Part shown: piece by piece, positions 38,547 through 52,212 of the stretch
Layout: each line of letters starts with the position of its first letter
How positions within the stretch are numbered: position 1 is the first letter of the stretch
From: the human T2T-CHM13v2.0 reference genome, Homo sapiens
Strand: one strand, 5' to 3'
Assembly (NCBI RefSeq): GCF_009914755.1
Contig: NC_060941.1
DNA length: 64,000 bases
The notes under the pieces: generated by a model
The model's input: only the letters and a program-made list of their open reading frames with translations
Database searches by the model: none
Told to the model about the DNA's origin: nothing
Translations under genes and position numbers: made by a program

Positions 38547-38714
38547 CAAGTGCCGTCGCCGCGCCCCTTCCCCCTCCCGCCTCCCCGGCCCCCTCCCCGG
38601 AACCGGCGGTCGAGCTACGGTCGCGGAGCAGTGGAACCGAGACTGCCCCGCGGAGCCGCCGGTATGAGCGCCCCTCGCCACCCCGTGTCCCAGGCCCGGC
38701 CTTTCTGACAAGAG
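38547..38714 (+). other. SEC14L1: SEC14L1 exon 1 (5' UTR; start approximate)
   Basis: Lies within the CpG island and ends at donor GAG|GTAGGC (38715). The junction ...gacaagag|ctagacttc... agrees with the recalled mRNA. The TSS is not determinable from sequence. Confidence 0.8.
38664..38708 (+). CDS. uORF1 in exon 1 (14 aa, MSAPRHPVSQARPF)
   Basis: ATG at 38664 (G at -3) to TGA at 38706-38708, entirely within exon 1. Translation is not demonstrated. Confidence 0.55.
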   Translation: MSAPRHPVSQARPF

Positions 38715-40013
38715 GTAGGCGCGTCGTCGCGGCGGGTCCGAGTGCGCCCTCGCCCCGGTCCCGGTCTCCGTGGAGTCCGGCGCCTCTCGGGCGGGCCCCC
38801 CGGAACTCCCGGCCGCCCGCTTGCTGAGCCTGTCCCTCCCCAGCCCCGGCTGCCATCGGCCCGGCACCCGAAACGGGCCGTGCCCCCGCCCCCCTGCTCG
38901 CCCTCCGCCCCCCTGCTCGCCCCTCGCCGCCCCTCGCCCCCCTCCCCCGCCCCCACCCCCACCTCGCCAGGCTTCCAGTTCCCGGGAGCCGCTTTTTGCT
39001 GAGAGCGGAGTTTCGGGTCCGGAGCCAGTGCCCGCCCCTCTCTCCCGTCGGTCGGGGCTTTGGCCCCGTGGGGCTCAGCCGCGCGGGACCCCTGCTGAGC
39101 AGCCCCGGGCGCCGGCCGCCCCTCGAGCCTGCTCGGGATGCGTTCAGTGGGTCTGGCCTTTGGCTCCTGTTTAAACAGCGATTGTCATGCAATGGAGGCC
39201 GTCCGGCTCCTGGATGCCACTTGGTCGTTGTCACTCCGGATGCCCGCGTAGGGCGTTTATCTGGACCAGAGCATCGGCAGCTGAGACCTGGCTGTGGTTC
39301 ACAAGCTCGTGAATTAGCAGGTTCTTAAGTGAGTGTAGCCAGTTCTGCCAGGCGGTGGAATCCTGAATGGATGTTACCGTTTCTTAAACGAGCATTACGC
39401 TTTTTTGCTTCTTCCCCCAACTCTTGTTTGTACCCGGTTATCGTCCTCATATCTGGGAGAGTACCCTAAAATTAATATTCCCAATTAAATTTTTAAAAGA
39501 TGATTGGATTCCCACTGTGCACCAACACTGTAAGGTTTGCAAAAGAAAAAGAACGTGGTCCCAGCACATCAGGATGTGTCAGTCGCATAATCAAGATGAA
39601 TATTAGAAAAGCTTCAAGTTGAGTTTGGAGAACTTGGGAGTTTGGCTCTCATTCTCATGGTTTTAGAGGTGGAAGTCTTTCAAGATCATCTCCCCGAAAA
39701 CCTCATTTTACAGAGATGAAACTGAGTCCTAGGGAAGTCAAATGGCTTACTCGTGGTCACCCAGAGTCATTCCTTAGCCGTTTTCACACTGTCAGATGGC
39801 GATGTTTTCCACCATGACCTCTCCTCTGAGAGGTATGCCAGACATACCAGAGAAAGTTCCAAACCTGTTTAAACCTTAGTACTATAGATGGGAATTCTAT
39901 ACCAGGCGCCGTGACTCATGACTATAATCCTAGCACTTTGGGAGGCTGAAGTGGGCAGATCCCTTGAGCCCAGGAGTTTGAGACCAGCCTGGGCAACATG
40001 GGGAAACCTTCTA

Positions 40014-40335
<322 letters not shown>

Positions 40336-40357
<22 letters not shown>

Positions 40358-41253
40358 GTAGGCTCATTCGATTTTTCTTTCTCACTTTAAATAGGGGAGA
40401 CAGAGGACTGGCAAGTCCAGGTGTGTTTTTAGAGCAATCCGTGTAGGCTGGCGCTAGAGAATGATTATGCACCCATAAGGAGGGCTCCTTGACTGTGAAT
40501 TAGGTGTGAACATTTAACCGATTACTTACGGATATTAGCTATCTGAGGCTAGAGATTTCAGTGGAGCCTGTTTAGCCAGAATACTTGGCATCTCTGCCAC
40601 TCGAAGACAGGTCGCCAAAGCTGTAGTGTACACAGTTAGAAAATAGGAATTGACACGTTTCCTTTGAAGCTAGCTTTTGAGGAGTATTCCATAGTTTGAG
40701 ATACAGTAGTATTTTTTTCCAGTTTTATTTTTGTTTTCCCAGAGCTAATATCTTAACACGAGATCATTTTTATTTGGCTTCTAGTAGAAGTTGTTTAAGA
40801 GAAAATGATCCAAGCATTAATTATATTGGTTATTAGAATAATAGAATCATAACAGTTCATTGCTGGAAAGGACTCAGGTCAGGTCATGTAATGAATGCAG
40901 AGTCCCAGTAAGCCAATGAGAGGATTGGACCCCTCTCACACCAGTACTGTTTGCCTCATTGCATTGGGGCTTTGTCTGCTTTTTCTTATTGTTTAATTAC
41001 CTCCCCCTGCCCTCATGTATTTAAATATCATCTTTTCATTTTTGTGTGCATAGAATTATGACCTATTGTGGTCTCTTTCTGTCGTTAGAGTGTGGTATGA
41101 TGTGTCAGTGCAGACTTACTAATAATTTGTTTCTGCATTGTGGTTACTTATCACATATATTTATGTTTTGCAGGTGTGAGAGGGTTGCTGTTGTATTGCA
41201 ATCATGGTGCAGAAATACCAGTCCCCAGTGAGGGTGTACAAATACCCCTTTGA
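40336..41253 (+). CDS. Spliced overlapping uORF (40336-40357 joined to 41174-41253; 33 aa MIILNKTGVRGLLLYCNHGAEIPVPSEGVQIPL), out of frame with the SEC14L1 CDS
   Basis: ATG at 40336-40338 shares its A with the uORF2 stop (TAATG). It reads across the exon 2/3 junction, passes the main ATG and stops at TGA 41251-41253. Confidence 0.5.
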
Positions 41254-41266
41254 ATTAATTATGGCT
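41204..41266 (+). CDS. SEC14L1: SEC14-like protein 1, first coding segment (exon 3: 41174-41266; 21 codons MVQKYQSPVRVYKYPFELIMA, phase-0 donor)
   Basis: Acceptor ttttgcAG at 41172-41173, ATG in strong Kozak context (atcATGg) at 41204, donor GTAAGT at 41267. The peptide matches the recalled N-terminus (PRELI/MSF1 domain) of SEC14L1. No further coding exon recognised in the window. Confidence 0.95.
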
Positions 41267-42162
41267 GTAAGTACTTGACATTTCAATTTACTCTTTGGCT
41301 TCTTATTTATAAAGTACAGTGTTAGAATTTGATGATCTATAGATTTATTGTTCGTCTCCATGGCATCACTTGAACTTACTCTGTTTTTATGCTTATGAAC
41401 CGTATCTAGAGTGTGTAAAATGTTTTTAAAATACAAGCCTCTGAAAATAAAAATCTGCTTATTAAAAAAAATGCACCTCAGGGTAATGTATGAATTGAAG
41501 TTAATTCTCCCTTTGAACACACAGAAGTGGGATTCTAAGCACTTCTTCCTCGGGGTTGTGCTCTTTTTTCCTTCGTTAGAGTAGCAAAGGGACATGGAGT
41601 GTGGTCTTTGCTGCTCGTGTGGAAGAGTGCTCTGCCTATGGGTGAATTCACTTTAGGTGGTGTTAGAACTGAGCACTGTGCGATGGAGTTTTACTCACGA
41701 TTCAAATGACTCTGTTGAATGAGTTTTTCCGTTATTTACCTGAAGAATTTGGCTGAAAATAAGCATTTTACTAGATGCAAAGCAAACCTTTTCCAGTCAT
41801 TTTTAGATTACCGTAGGGTATTTCTTCTTTTCCTTTCTCTTTTGTGTTATTATTAAGATATAACATACATACCAGAAAATATAATACAGACAGGAGAATG
41901 TGTCTTTCATGAGCACACACCTGATGAAAACGTGTGTCACACTCAGCACACCTGGGATACTGGCACCAAGGTCAGGAACCAGAACATGGCAACCCAGGAA
42001 GAAGTCTCCCCTGGTTCAAGTGAGCCACTGTTTTGACTCCTAATACACAGAGGACTGTTACCTGTTTCTGTTCCTTCTATAAATAGAAACGCAGGTGTTT
42101 TAGCAGCTGGCTGCTTCTGCTCAGCGTATGTTTGTGGGATTTATATAGATCAATAGTTTTGA

Positions 42163-42536
<374 letters not shown>

Positions 42537-42681
42537 TGAGACGGAGTTTTGCTCTCGTCCAGGCTGGAGTGCAGTGACGCGATCTTGGCTTACTGCAGCC
42601 TCTGCCTCCTGAGTTCAAGCGATTCTGCATCAGCCTCCCGAATAGCTGCGATTACAGGTGCCTGCCCCCGCACCTGGCTAA

Positions 42682-42888
<207 letters not shown>

Positions 42889-45800
42889 TGAGATATAATT
42901 TACATACAGTGAAATGGTCACGTGTCAGGTGTACAGTTTGATTAGTTTTAACAAAAGAATCCCTCACACCTTTGTGAAAACACAGGACATTTGAATCCAT
43001 CCCCCTGGTGAAGGTTCTGTGGTGCGCCTTCCCTTTCAGGTGTGAGGTTTTGGTTTGTGTGTGTGGGTAAGAAGCTCTGTGTGTTAAGATGTCTGTGTGT
43101 TAAGAAGTTACGTGTGTTAAGATGTAGTTACACATCTTAAATATGTGTAGCTAGGGCTGTTAACAGTATTTTATGTTGTTGACTTACCATGTTTGCCATT
43201 TGCATGTTATCTGTGCTGTTTTGGCTTTTGGTTGTATGAGGCAAAGACCCACTCCAGCCAGCTTGGGAAGGAGTTTGGTGAGTGGGAACATGTATAGTGT
43301 GATAGGAATCACACAGGAATCCGGGAATTCGAGCTGGGATGGGCTGAGCTCCAGAGCCTGGTAGTGGAGGGAGGTTCCTGGCTGCTCTGGGGGCCTCAGC
43401 CACAGTTTTTCTCTAGGATTTTGCCCTGTGGGACTGTGCCTGGCTCCATGTGCTGGAGCCTTCTACCCCGCCACCAGCTGGCTGCTTTGCTCACTCCTAG
43501 TTTTCCATGTGGCTTCAGCTCGAGGACGTGCTTAGCTGTCTGAAAGCCCTCTGGCCCCAGTTCAACTCTGTGGCATTTCTTGTTGCATTCTTTCAGTTTC
43601 TAAGTGACCAATTCCTGTCACATTTCATAGTTCACATCCTTGAGAGAAACTTGATCTAGTTCATTCCCCACCCCGACCCCTGCCCTGGTCCTGGGTTTGA
43701 GGATATTGGCTAGCCTGTGGATTGTTTGCCTTAGGTGGGAGGCCTGACCCTTGTTCAGTGAGCTGGGCTGGTGGAGCTGGGGAGGAGGCAGTGGGGGTGG
43801 TAGGCAGTGGGCATCGCCAGGTAAAGTAGAGTGGCTGCCCACGGCCCGGGGTGGACACAGGGCAGAGAGTTGGGCAGAGTGGGGGATGTTCTCCAAAACA
43901 CTTGAGTGTGGCTTAAAAAGTTCATGCAACCCTGATAGTTTGAGGCAAAGGCTGGTTTCTTTGCCAAACGTTAGATTTAATAAAAGAGGAGGTGTTTGGA
44001 TTGTTTAACGTTCAGACTTCCTTATTTCCCTTACTTCACTATTTTCAAAATTGTGACGTTTACCTTGCCAGTTCATGCAGGACTTTACAGAAGAACTCGA
44101 AATTCAAATTCTGAGCTGCCACCAAGTTTTTACAATTAAACCATTTTAAAACTATTGTTCTGAGGTAGTGGTTAATTTCCCTTCTTTTTCTTTCTTTCTT
44201 CTCCTTTTTTTTCTTTTTTTTATGATTTAAAACTTACTAGTTAGAAACTTTTTTTTTTGCCTCACCAGCTTCAGGAAATTTTCTTTTGAATTGTTAGAAA
44301 AACAAACAAACAAACACACAGACGCACGCACACGCACGTATATTCTTCCACCCTGTAGTATAAAGAAAACATTTTTAAATCCGAAAATGAAATATGTTAC
44401 CTTTTTCCTTCCAAAAGTAGACTGTGAGTGATGTTTGTGTGGTGTCCTTTGCCCCCATTTCTTACTGTAGTTTTATGGTATAAAATCCTCAGTATTTGCT
44501 TAATTTTTTTTGTCATTGAGGAAAACTAACAGTAAAATGAGTTAACCTGAAAATGCCCTTTTCAGTTCAGCATTCAGAGTGAGGAAAGAGGTATATATGC
44601 AGTTAAGGTGAGAACGGAACCGTAGCTTCCGCCGGCGGACTTGTGAGCACGTCAGAAAGCGAATGTGCCTCACTAGAACGCACGGTGGCGGCAGGAGTGG
44701 CCGGCAGTGCCCGGCACGCAGTCACGGGAGGTGGGTCGAGTCCTGGTTTATGTGAGTCCTGTGAGGTGAGAGAGTGGGAGAAAACGCCTCACTCAACTTA
44801 ATGCCTTTGTTTGTTTGTTTTAACCAAGAGTTTACTTGTAATTTAGTATTGCCGGAAAATTGTTCAGGTAAAAAGTGCCTAGTATAAATAGGTACACAGT
44901 CAGGTCAGATATGTTAATTGCATCTCACTTGATTTAATGAAAATTTACCATTTGTTTTGAGGTCAGTACCATTAAAAAAAAAACATGTTAAAGTTCTCAT
45001 TAACTCGCTTGAGTGGTATTTACATAAGCAAAATTGAAGTGGAGGTTTTTCAGTAGGCATTTGCATGGTGTTGTTTTGTTAGATATCAGCCCAGAAACAG
45101 AATGTCAGAGCTTTCAGCGAGTTGGAGCAATCACCTAGCTCAACCCTCCCTTGGAGGGCGGGGAATCTGAGACTCCGAGGTGGTGAAACTTACACAGGTA
45201 GTGCCGAGATCTGATTCTCGAGTTTAGTGTTCTTTTCTCATACTATGCTTCTTCCTTCTACCCAGGGATGTGTACCTGAAACATTTTATGAAAGAGAAAT
45301 CAAAACTTCTTGGCCACACACAAACGAAAGCCTCACACCTGACAAGGAAGGCGCACCAGGGAACCTTCTGGGGGGATGGTTGCAGATGTCCTGTGTTTTG
45401 ACAAAGGTGTGGGGGACTCATTTTTTAAATTGAGTTATAATTTACATACAATGAAGTGGTCACATGTCAGGTGTACAGTTTGATCAGTTTTAACCAAAGG
45501 GCTGCTCTTCCTGGCTTGCGGGGAGGAGAAATTAATCAGTGAAGGACACTGATTGATTGTGCCTTAAAGGGTTTAAGATCTCACGGGAGCATAGTGATAT
45601 GATCCCACAGATTAGGAACTTAGAATGGGATGTATAATTCTAGGGTGCTTGAGTTGAAGTGTTTCTTTTTGAAATTTCTAAGATAAAGCACAAACTTTAA
45701 AAGTTAAACATTGTCAAGTGCATCTCCCCCTCCCCCTGCATGTTAATGGTTCCTTAATAAAGGCTTCAAAGGGAAAATGAAGGAGGCGGGAGGCCACCTA

Positions 45801-47582
45801 GTGTAGGAGGGCAGGGTGGGAGAGGTCAAGGTCAGGAGCCCTTAAGGAGAGTTGTGGGAGAGAGGGAAGAACATGAGAGGCCACCTTCTGAACCCGATTT
45901 TTGTGGTGACAGCCGCAGGCGAGATAGTGGCTTGGACTCTGGTCTTTCTTCTGCTGAGGACAGCTGTCCTCATTGTGACCAGTGGGAACACACGATAGAA
46001 GAGGCTCCATTAGCTCCTGTGCATCCCAGGAGTTGCCACCCTGTCCAGTGCCGTTTCTGTCTGGGCTTATTTCCATTACACAGCAGATGTGGTCACCTCA
46101 TTCTTTGCTCTCTCCTTTCCTCGCCCTCATCCCAGTTTCACTGTGCCCTAGGAGTGCTGGCTTTCTCCAGGAACCCCTTCAGTGTCTCTGTCCCTTCAGC
46201 AGACACACCCTTTAGACTGTGCCTTCAGGAACCAAGGCACCTGGTTCTGTCCCTGTCTGTCCCAGCACTGCCATCGTTGCAGCGTAAGCCCCTCCCTTTG
46301 CAGGGAAAGACCAGGGGTCCCTTGTTCCTTTGCGCACTCACATCTTTCATCCCTTAGGTCACTTTGTGCTCCCCTGCCACACACTTTCCATTGTGTGTGT
46401 CCTGTGTTGAAGGCTTTCCTGTTATCCGTCCTCGCACGTCTCAGCTCCTGTGCTTTTTTCGGCAAGGCCATTTGTGGCTGTGTTCTGCCTGGTCCGTTTA
46501 ACCTTATTTCATAATTATGCACACTTCCCAGCTTGAACTTGAACATTTGTTTCTGTCTTGTTCCCGTTGGCCCGGACACACAGTGCTGTTTCCTGCCCCC
46601 TCTTTTCTTTTTTCTTTTCAGACTTCTTTGCCTCAGATGTTTGCCATTCCCCATCTGTCTCTCCAGATCTTACCCATCTTGTCCTTCCACACGTCCCCGA
46701 TGCCTCTGAAGATGCCATTCATGTTTCTCTCCCTTCCCCGGGACACATTCTTAATGTTGGAGTTGGTGTTAGGTACTTTCACTTGCAATGGGAGTTTCTT
46801 TATTCACAAAGCCTCTTGAGTGTTGCTCTCATACTATTTTGTGTGTCCTTCCAGGGCAGTGACCTTGACAGTTATTTGTCTTGTTCTCCCAAGCGCGGGT
46901 GCTAAGGACATAGTCTGTGGGCATGCAGATGTGTGTGACTTGTTCACACGAACTGTGAGGATGAGGACTTGGTGAATGGTGGAAATTCAGATCCAAACTG
47001 TATCTCCAGGGCATGATGGCGCCTGTCTGTAGTGCAGTTACTTGAGAACTTGGGAGGGTGAGTTGGGAGGATTTCTTGAGGTTCCAGGAGTTCGAGACCA
47101 ACTTGGGCAACATAGCAAGATCCTGTCTCTATAAAAAAATAAAATTAAAATAAATGGTCATGGTGGTGTGTGCCTATAGTCCTAGCTTCTCAGGAGGCTG
47201 AAGAGAGAGGATCCTTTGAGCCCAGGAGTTCAAGGCTGCAGTGAGCTATGATCACACCACTGTACTCCAGCCTGGGTTACAGAGCAAGACCCTGTTTCAA
47301 AAATAAATAAGGAAATAAAATGCATCTCTAATTCTGTTTTCAGACAAGAGATTTATGTTTTCTACATGGAACAGAAGTAACATGCTATGGTCTTTCAGTT
47401 AACCAGTGGGTCACCTGGGAGCAAAGCCCTTTTGTGATAAAGTTGGCTGATTTGTGTTTTTTTTTTTTTTTTTTAATTTTCGTAAACGTTGCAAAACCTT
47501 GTTGGTAAACACTCTCCTGGCAGTTTAAGTGGTGTGCTTTTCCAGGTTGAATAACCAAAAAACCTGCTTACCAGTGTATAGG

Positions 47583-47660
47583 TTTTGTTTTTGTTTTTGT
47601 TTTTAAATACTGCTCCTTGCGGAGCAGGGCTGACCCACAGGCAGTGCTCTCAGAGTAACC
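47583..47660 (-). mobile_element. Short two-hairpin, A-tailed retrocopy, probably of an ERV1 (LTR10/HERV-I-like) R-region RNA
   Basis: Minus strand GGTTACTCTGAGAGCACTGCCTGTGGGTCAGCCCTGCTCCGCAAGGAGCAGTA followed by an (A5C)n tail. The family assignment is from memory. Confidence 0.55.
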
Positions 47661-49631
47661 ACAGTTGTCGATTAAATGGCCCGAGTACAAAAGAATTTGT
47701 TTCGCTCTCCTGCTCCTCTTGCTTTATTTTGTTTTGTACTCTGGCATTTGGGGTTTTTTCCCCCTTTCCTCTCAGGTGTCTCATGTCTTCCCATTAAGAC
47801 CGGAGGAAGGAAGAGAAAGAGATTTGCTTTGAGGCCAGGTACAAACCTGTGCCTGCCACAGACCAGCTTTGTAACCTGCTAGGCCAGTGACTAGTGTAAG
47901 ACTGCTGTGAGGAGGTGCTGGAGTGAAACAGACAGCAGGGGTGAGGGTAGGCAAGGGCGACCTGGTGATGCCACAGTCTCCCCCTCTCCCTTCCAGATAC
48001 CCTGCCCCTTCTCACCTCCAAATACCAGGGGAACTGAATCAGTTTATAAGTGAGTAAATGACTATGAATGTGCATCTCTGTTAGATCAAATAGGCATTTA
48101 TATTGAAGCTCTTTCATCCATTCCAATTTCATATACAAAACAGGGAGACGTGAGGGATCCCAGGATGGACTCGCGACTCATATATCTTACTTCAGGGTGA
48201 GGAGACACTGCTCTTCCTTAATCAGGGCCTCCGTGGAGTGCGAAATGCCCGAGGGAGAACACTTTCTGACGGGCAGCTGTGCCCATGTTGGGCAGCTGTG
48301 CCCATGTCGTTCCTCTGGTTGGTTGGGCAGGGGGCACAGGTCCTGCTTTGCCCTTTCTCCATCTTTGTGGCAGCTAGCTGCGTTCAGAAACCATCCATCC
48401 GCCCACCCGTACCTTGCCTGAATATTCTCTGAGCTGCCTGTCCCCTTTTCTCTAACTTTTTCTTCCTCTGACTGAGGTCCTGTGCACGTCAGATTTTCAG
48501 CATTGTTTTAGTTACAGGAAATATTTTCAGTCCATCGTTCATCTTCTCAGAGCATGTCTTCTTTCTCTCATCCTGGATTTCATCCTTGGGCCTTTTTGTA
48601 TTTCTGATTCTGGTTTTTTTAGTTTCTGATGGTTAGGTGTGATATTGAAATACATCTTTTCATTCATCAAGGTATTCTTAGATCTTCCAGCAGCCTAATG
48701 TGCAGTAGAATTTGTTTTTACCCAAACGAATAAGCAATCTACTTTTTGGGGTAGGTGACTTAAAACCCAACTTTGTTCAAGTCTGGAAGTGGAGGGAAAT
48801 GTTCCATTTTCTCCTATGACATATAAAAGGACCTGGTCAATCAGTGGGAGACTGTGCTGCCCTCGTTTGTAAAGTTGTGAATGCCATCGCGTGAGTCCTA
48901 TTGCATTTCATCAAAGCTGGGGTGGTGTAATTAGTCAGATTTAGTTGGTTTTGAAAATGGACAATTAGAGTGAGCTTTCATCACGTGCTCCTTTGTACAG
49001 AGCCAGACCTTCTCCCTTGTGTTCCGTCTCAGCATTATGCATTCCAGTTGGTTTTTCCCCATGCTTTTCCTGAGCTGTATCCAAGTGTCTTTAATGCGCT
49101 AGAGTGAAGGCAGTTGTGGTGCAGTAGGAAAATATTTCAAGCAGAAATAAGATGTATCAGATTCAGCTTCTCGCCTCTCTGATTTACCTGGTTTTATAAA
49201 AACAAACAAACCCCAAAACCTTGTTTTATGGAAAATTTCAAGCATACACAGGTAGAGAGAATCATATAATAAATGCCATTTACCCATCACCCAGTTTCAA
49301 TGTTACCAGCATCTTGCCGGGCCTGACACAGTGGCTTATGCCCGTAATCCCAGCACTTTGGGAGGCCAAGTGGGGAGGATGGCTTGAGGCCAGGAGTTTG
49401 AGACCAGCCTGGGCAACGTGGTAAGACCCTGTCTCTAAAAAACAAAACAAACTCTTGCCAATATTTTTATCAGTTGTACCCACTTTTTTCTTTCCTGGTG
49501 TATTAAAGCAGATTTCAGGTATCTTGTTAATTTGTTGACAAATACTTCAGTGTACATCTCTAACCTTTTGCTTATATTATTTTTATTTTTTTGAGATAGG
49601 GTTTTGCTTTGTCACCTAGGCTGGAGTGTAG

Positions 49632-49802
<171 letters not shown>

Positions 49803-49816
49803 TAAACCAAAATATT

Positions 49817-50273
<457 letters not shown>

Positions 50274-50648
50274 CTTTCTCCTTTTTAAACACAGCCGCCA
50301 TGTTGTTATCCCACCTAACAAAAGTACTAGTGATGCCTGATGATCATCTAATACACAGTTCACGTTCATGTTTTCTCACTTGTCTAAAAAATGTCTTTCA
50401 TAAGTTGCTTGGATCCTGCTTCAAATAAAGCCATTTGTATTTGGTTATTATGTTTCTTGGGTCTCCTTTATTCTCTAACATTCTCCCTTTCCTTTTGTTT
50501 CCTTTCATGCCATTGATTTGTTAGAGAAACTGGGTCATTTGTCCTGTTCAGTTACCTTAACCTTTTGCTGATTTAATTGTTCCTTACAGCAAATAGGCTG
50601 TAAGGAGAAGGTGTGGACCTAAATTCAATCAATGCAGCCACCCTTTAG

Positions 50649-50792
<144 letters not shown>

Positions 50793-51589
50793 TAGCCGGG
50801 ACTACAGGCATGCGCCACCACGCCCGGCTAATTTTTGTATTTTTAGTACAGATGGGGTTTCACCACGTTGGCCAGGCTGGTCTCAAACTCCTGACCTCAA
50901 GTGATCCACCCTCCTTGGCCTCCCAAAGTGCTGGGATTACAGGCGTGAACCACTGAGCCTGGCTAGCAGTTCTGTTTAAACATTTGCTGGCAGAGATGGA
51001 AACTAATAGTTAAAACCAGCTGCTCCCCTTTTCTTCCTAGGATTGTTCTATATAATTTTGAGTTGCAAATAAGATGCAAAATATTTTTTTCCCAAATTAA
51101 ACTAGGCCATTCTATTTATGGTTACTCCTTATTTATTTATTTTTGTAGTTACTTTTTAACACTGAATGGGTCCTCATTTTGTACTGAAAGCAGGTGAGAG
51201 GGATTAATTTATTGGCAGCGTTTCTATGTAGTGCATGCAGCAGGCACTTGGCAGGAGTCTGGCCTGGGGCTGAGGAGGTGGGTGGTGTTTGTGGTCTGAG
51301 GTGTCCAGTTGTGCTGGGCAGTCAGTCCTTGCCCTCTTCTGTTGTCTCTTTTATTAGAGCTCTGGATAGGGCTGTTGGGCTGCCTGGGGAAGCTTCCCCA
51401 GAGAAGTTCACTGTAGAGAGGATTTTGGTTGGCAGATGTTATAATTGATCCATCTCTCTTGATTTTTGACCTGTACGCTAGTGAAGCAGACACTTTTATA
51501 TAGTTCTAGTGGAATTATTTTGCATGTTGTAACAAGAAGCATATATTGCGTTGTAATTTTCTTGCATGGTACAAGTTGATGTAAGAGGA

Positions 51590-52212
51590 CAGCAGCCCTC
51601 TGTATCCTTGTGTTCTGCACCCACAGATACAACCAACCGTGGATCAGAAATGTTCAGGAAAAACAACAAAAATAATACAACAATAAACTGTAATACAAAT
51701 AAAACGCATGCAACAACTATTTACATAGCATTTACATTGTATTTGGTATTATAAGTAATGTAGAGAGAATTTAAAGTGTACGGGAGGGCTGGGTGTGGTG
51801 GCTCACATCTGTAATCCCAGTGCTTTGGGAGGCCAAGGCGGGAGAATCACTTGAGGCCAGTAGTTTGAGACTAGCCTGGGCAACTTAGCGAGACTCTGTC
51901 TCTATGATAAACTGAAAAAAAATTAGCTGGGTGTGGTGGCGCATGCCCGTAGTCTCAGCTACTCAGAAGACTTGAGACAGGATTGTTTGAGCCTAGGAGT
52001 TTGAGGCTGCAGTGCCACTCTGGCCTGTGTGAACAGAGCGAGGCCCTGTATCTAAAAGATGTGTGTCTGTGTATATGAGAGGATGTGTGTAGGTTAAATA
52101 TAAAATGTAAATGCCACTCCATTTTTATATCAGGGACTGGGGCATCCACAGGTTTTGGGATTGGAGGGACATCCTGGAACCAGTCCCCTCCAGATACCGA
52201 GGGAGGACTCTA
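51590..52212 (-). mobile_element. MER2 (Tigger-family DNA transposon), interrupted by an Alu (51787-52055)
   Basis: tttacatagcatttacattgtatttggtattataagtaat...cctggaaccagtcccctccagataccgaggga, with degenerate TIRs. Confidence 0.82.

Larger units (their letters stand above)
37830..39260. promoter_or_regulatory. SEC14L1: CpG island / SEC14L1 promoter
   Basis: Very high GC and CpG density, multiple GC boxes (e.g. GCCCCGCCCC at ~38277), NRF1 motif GCGCCTGCGCA at 38397-38407, TGACGCAA at 38294-38301, and a C-rich + strand skew. Confidence 0.92.

Noticed and set aside
37924-39328. Long ORFs of 200-263 aa on both strands
   Set aside because: Pro/Arg/Gly-rich products of stop-poor CpG-island DNA. 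They cross the exon 1 donor and have no recognisable domain.
45854-46905. Overlapping 100-167 aa ORFs in non-Alu intronic DNA
   Set aside because: No similarity to the expected SEC14L1 continuation or any family I recognise, and no convincing splice-site pair.
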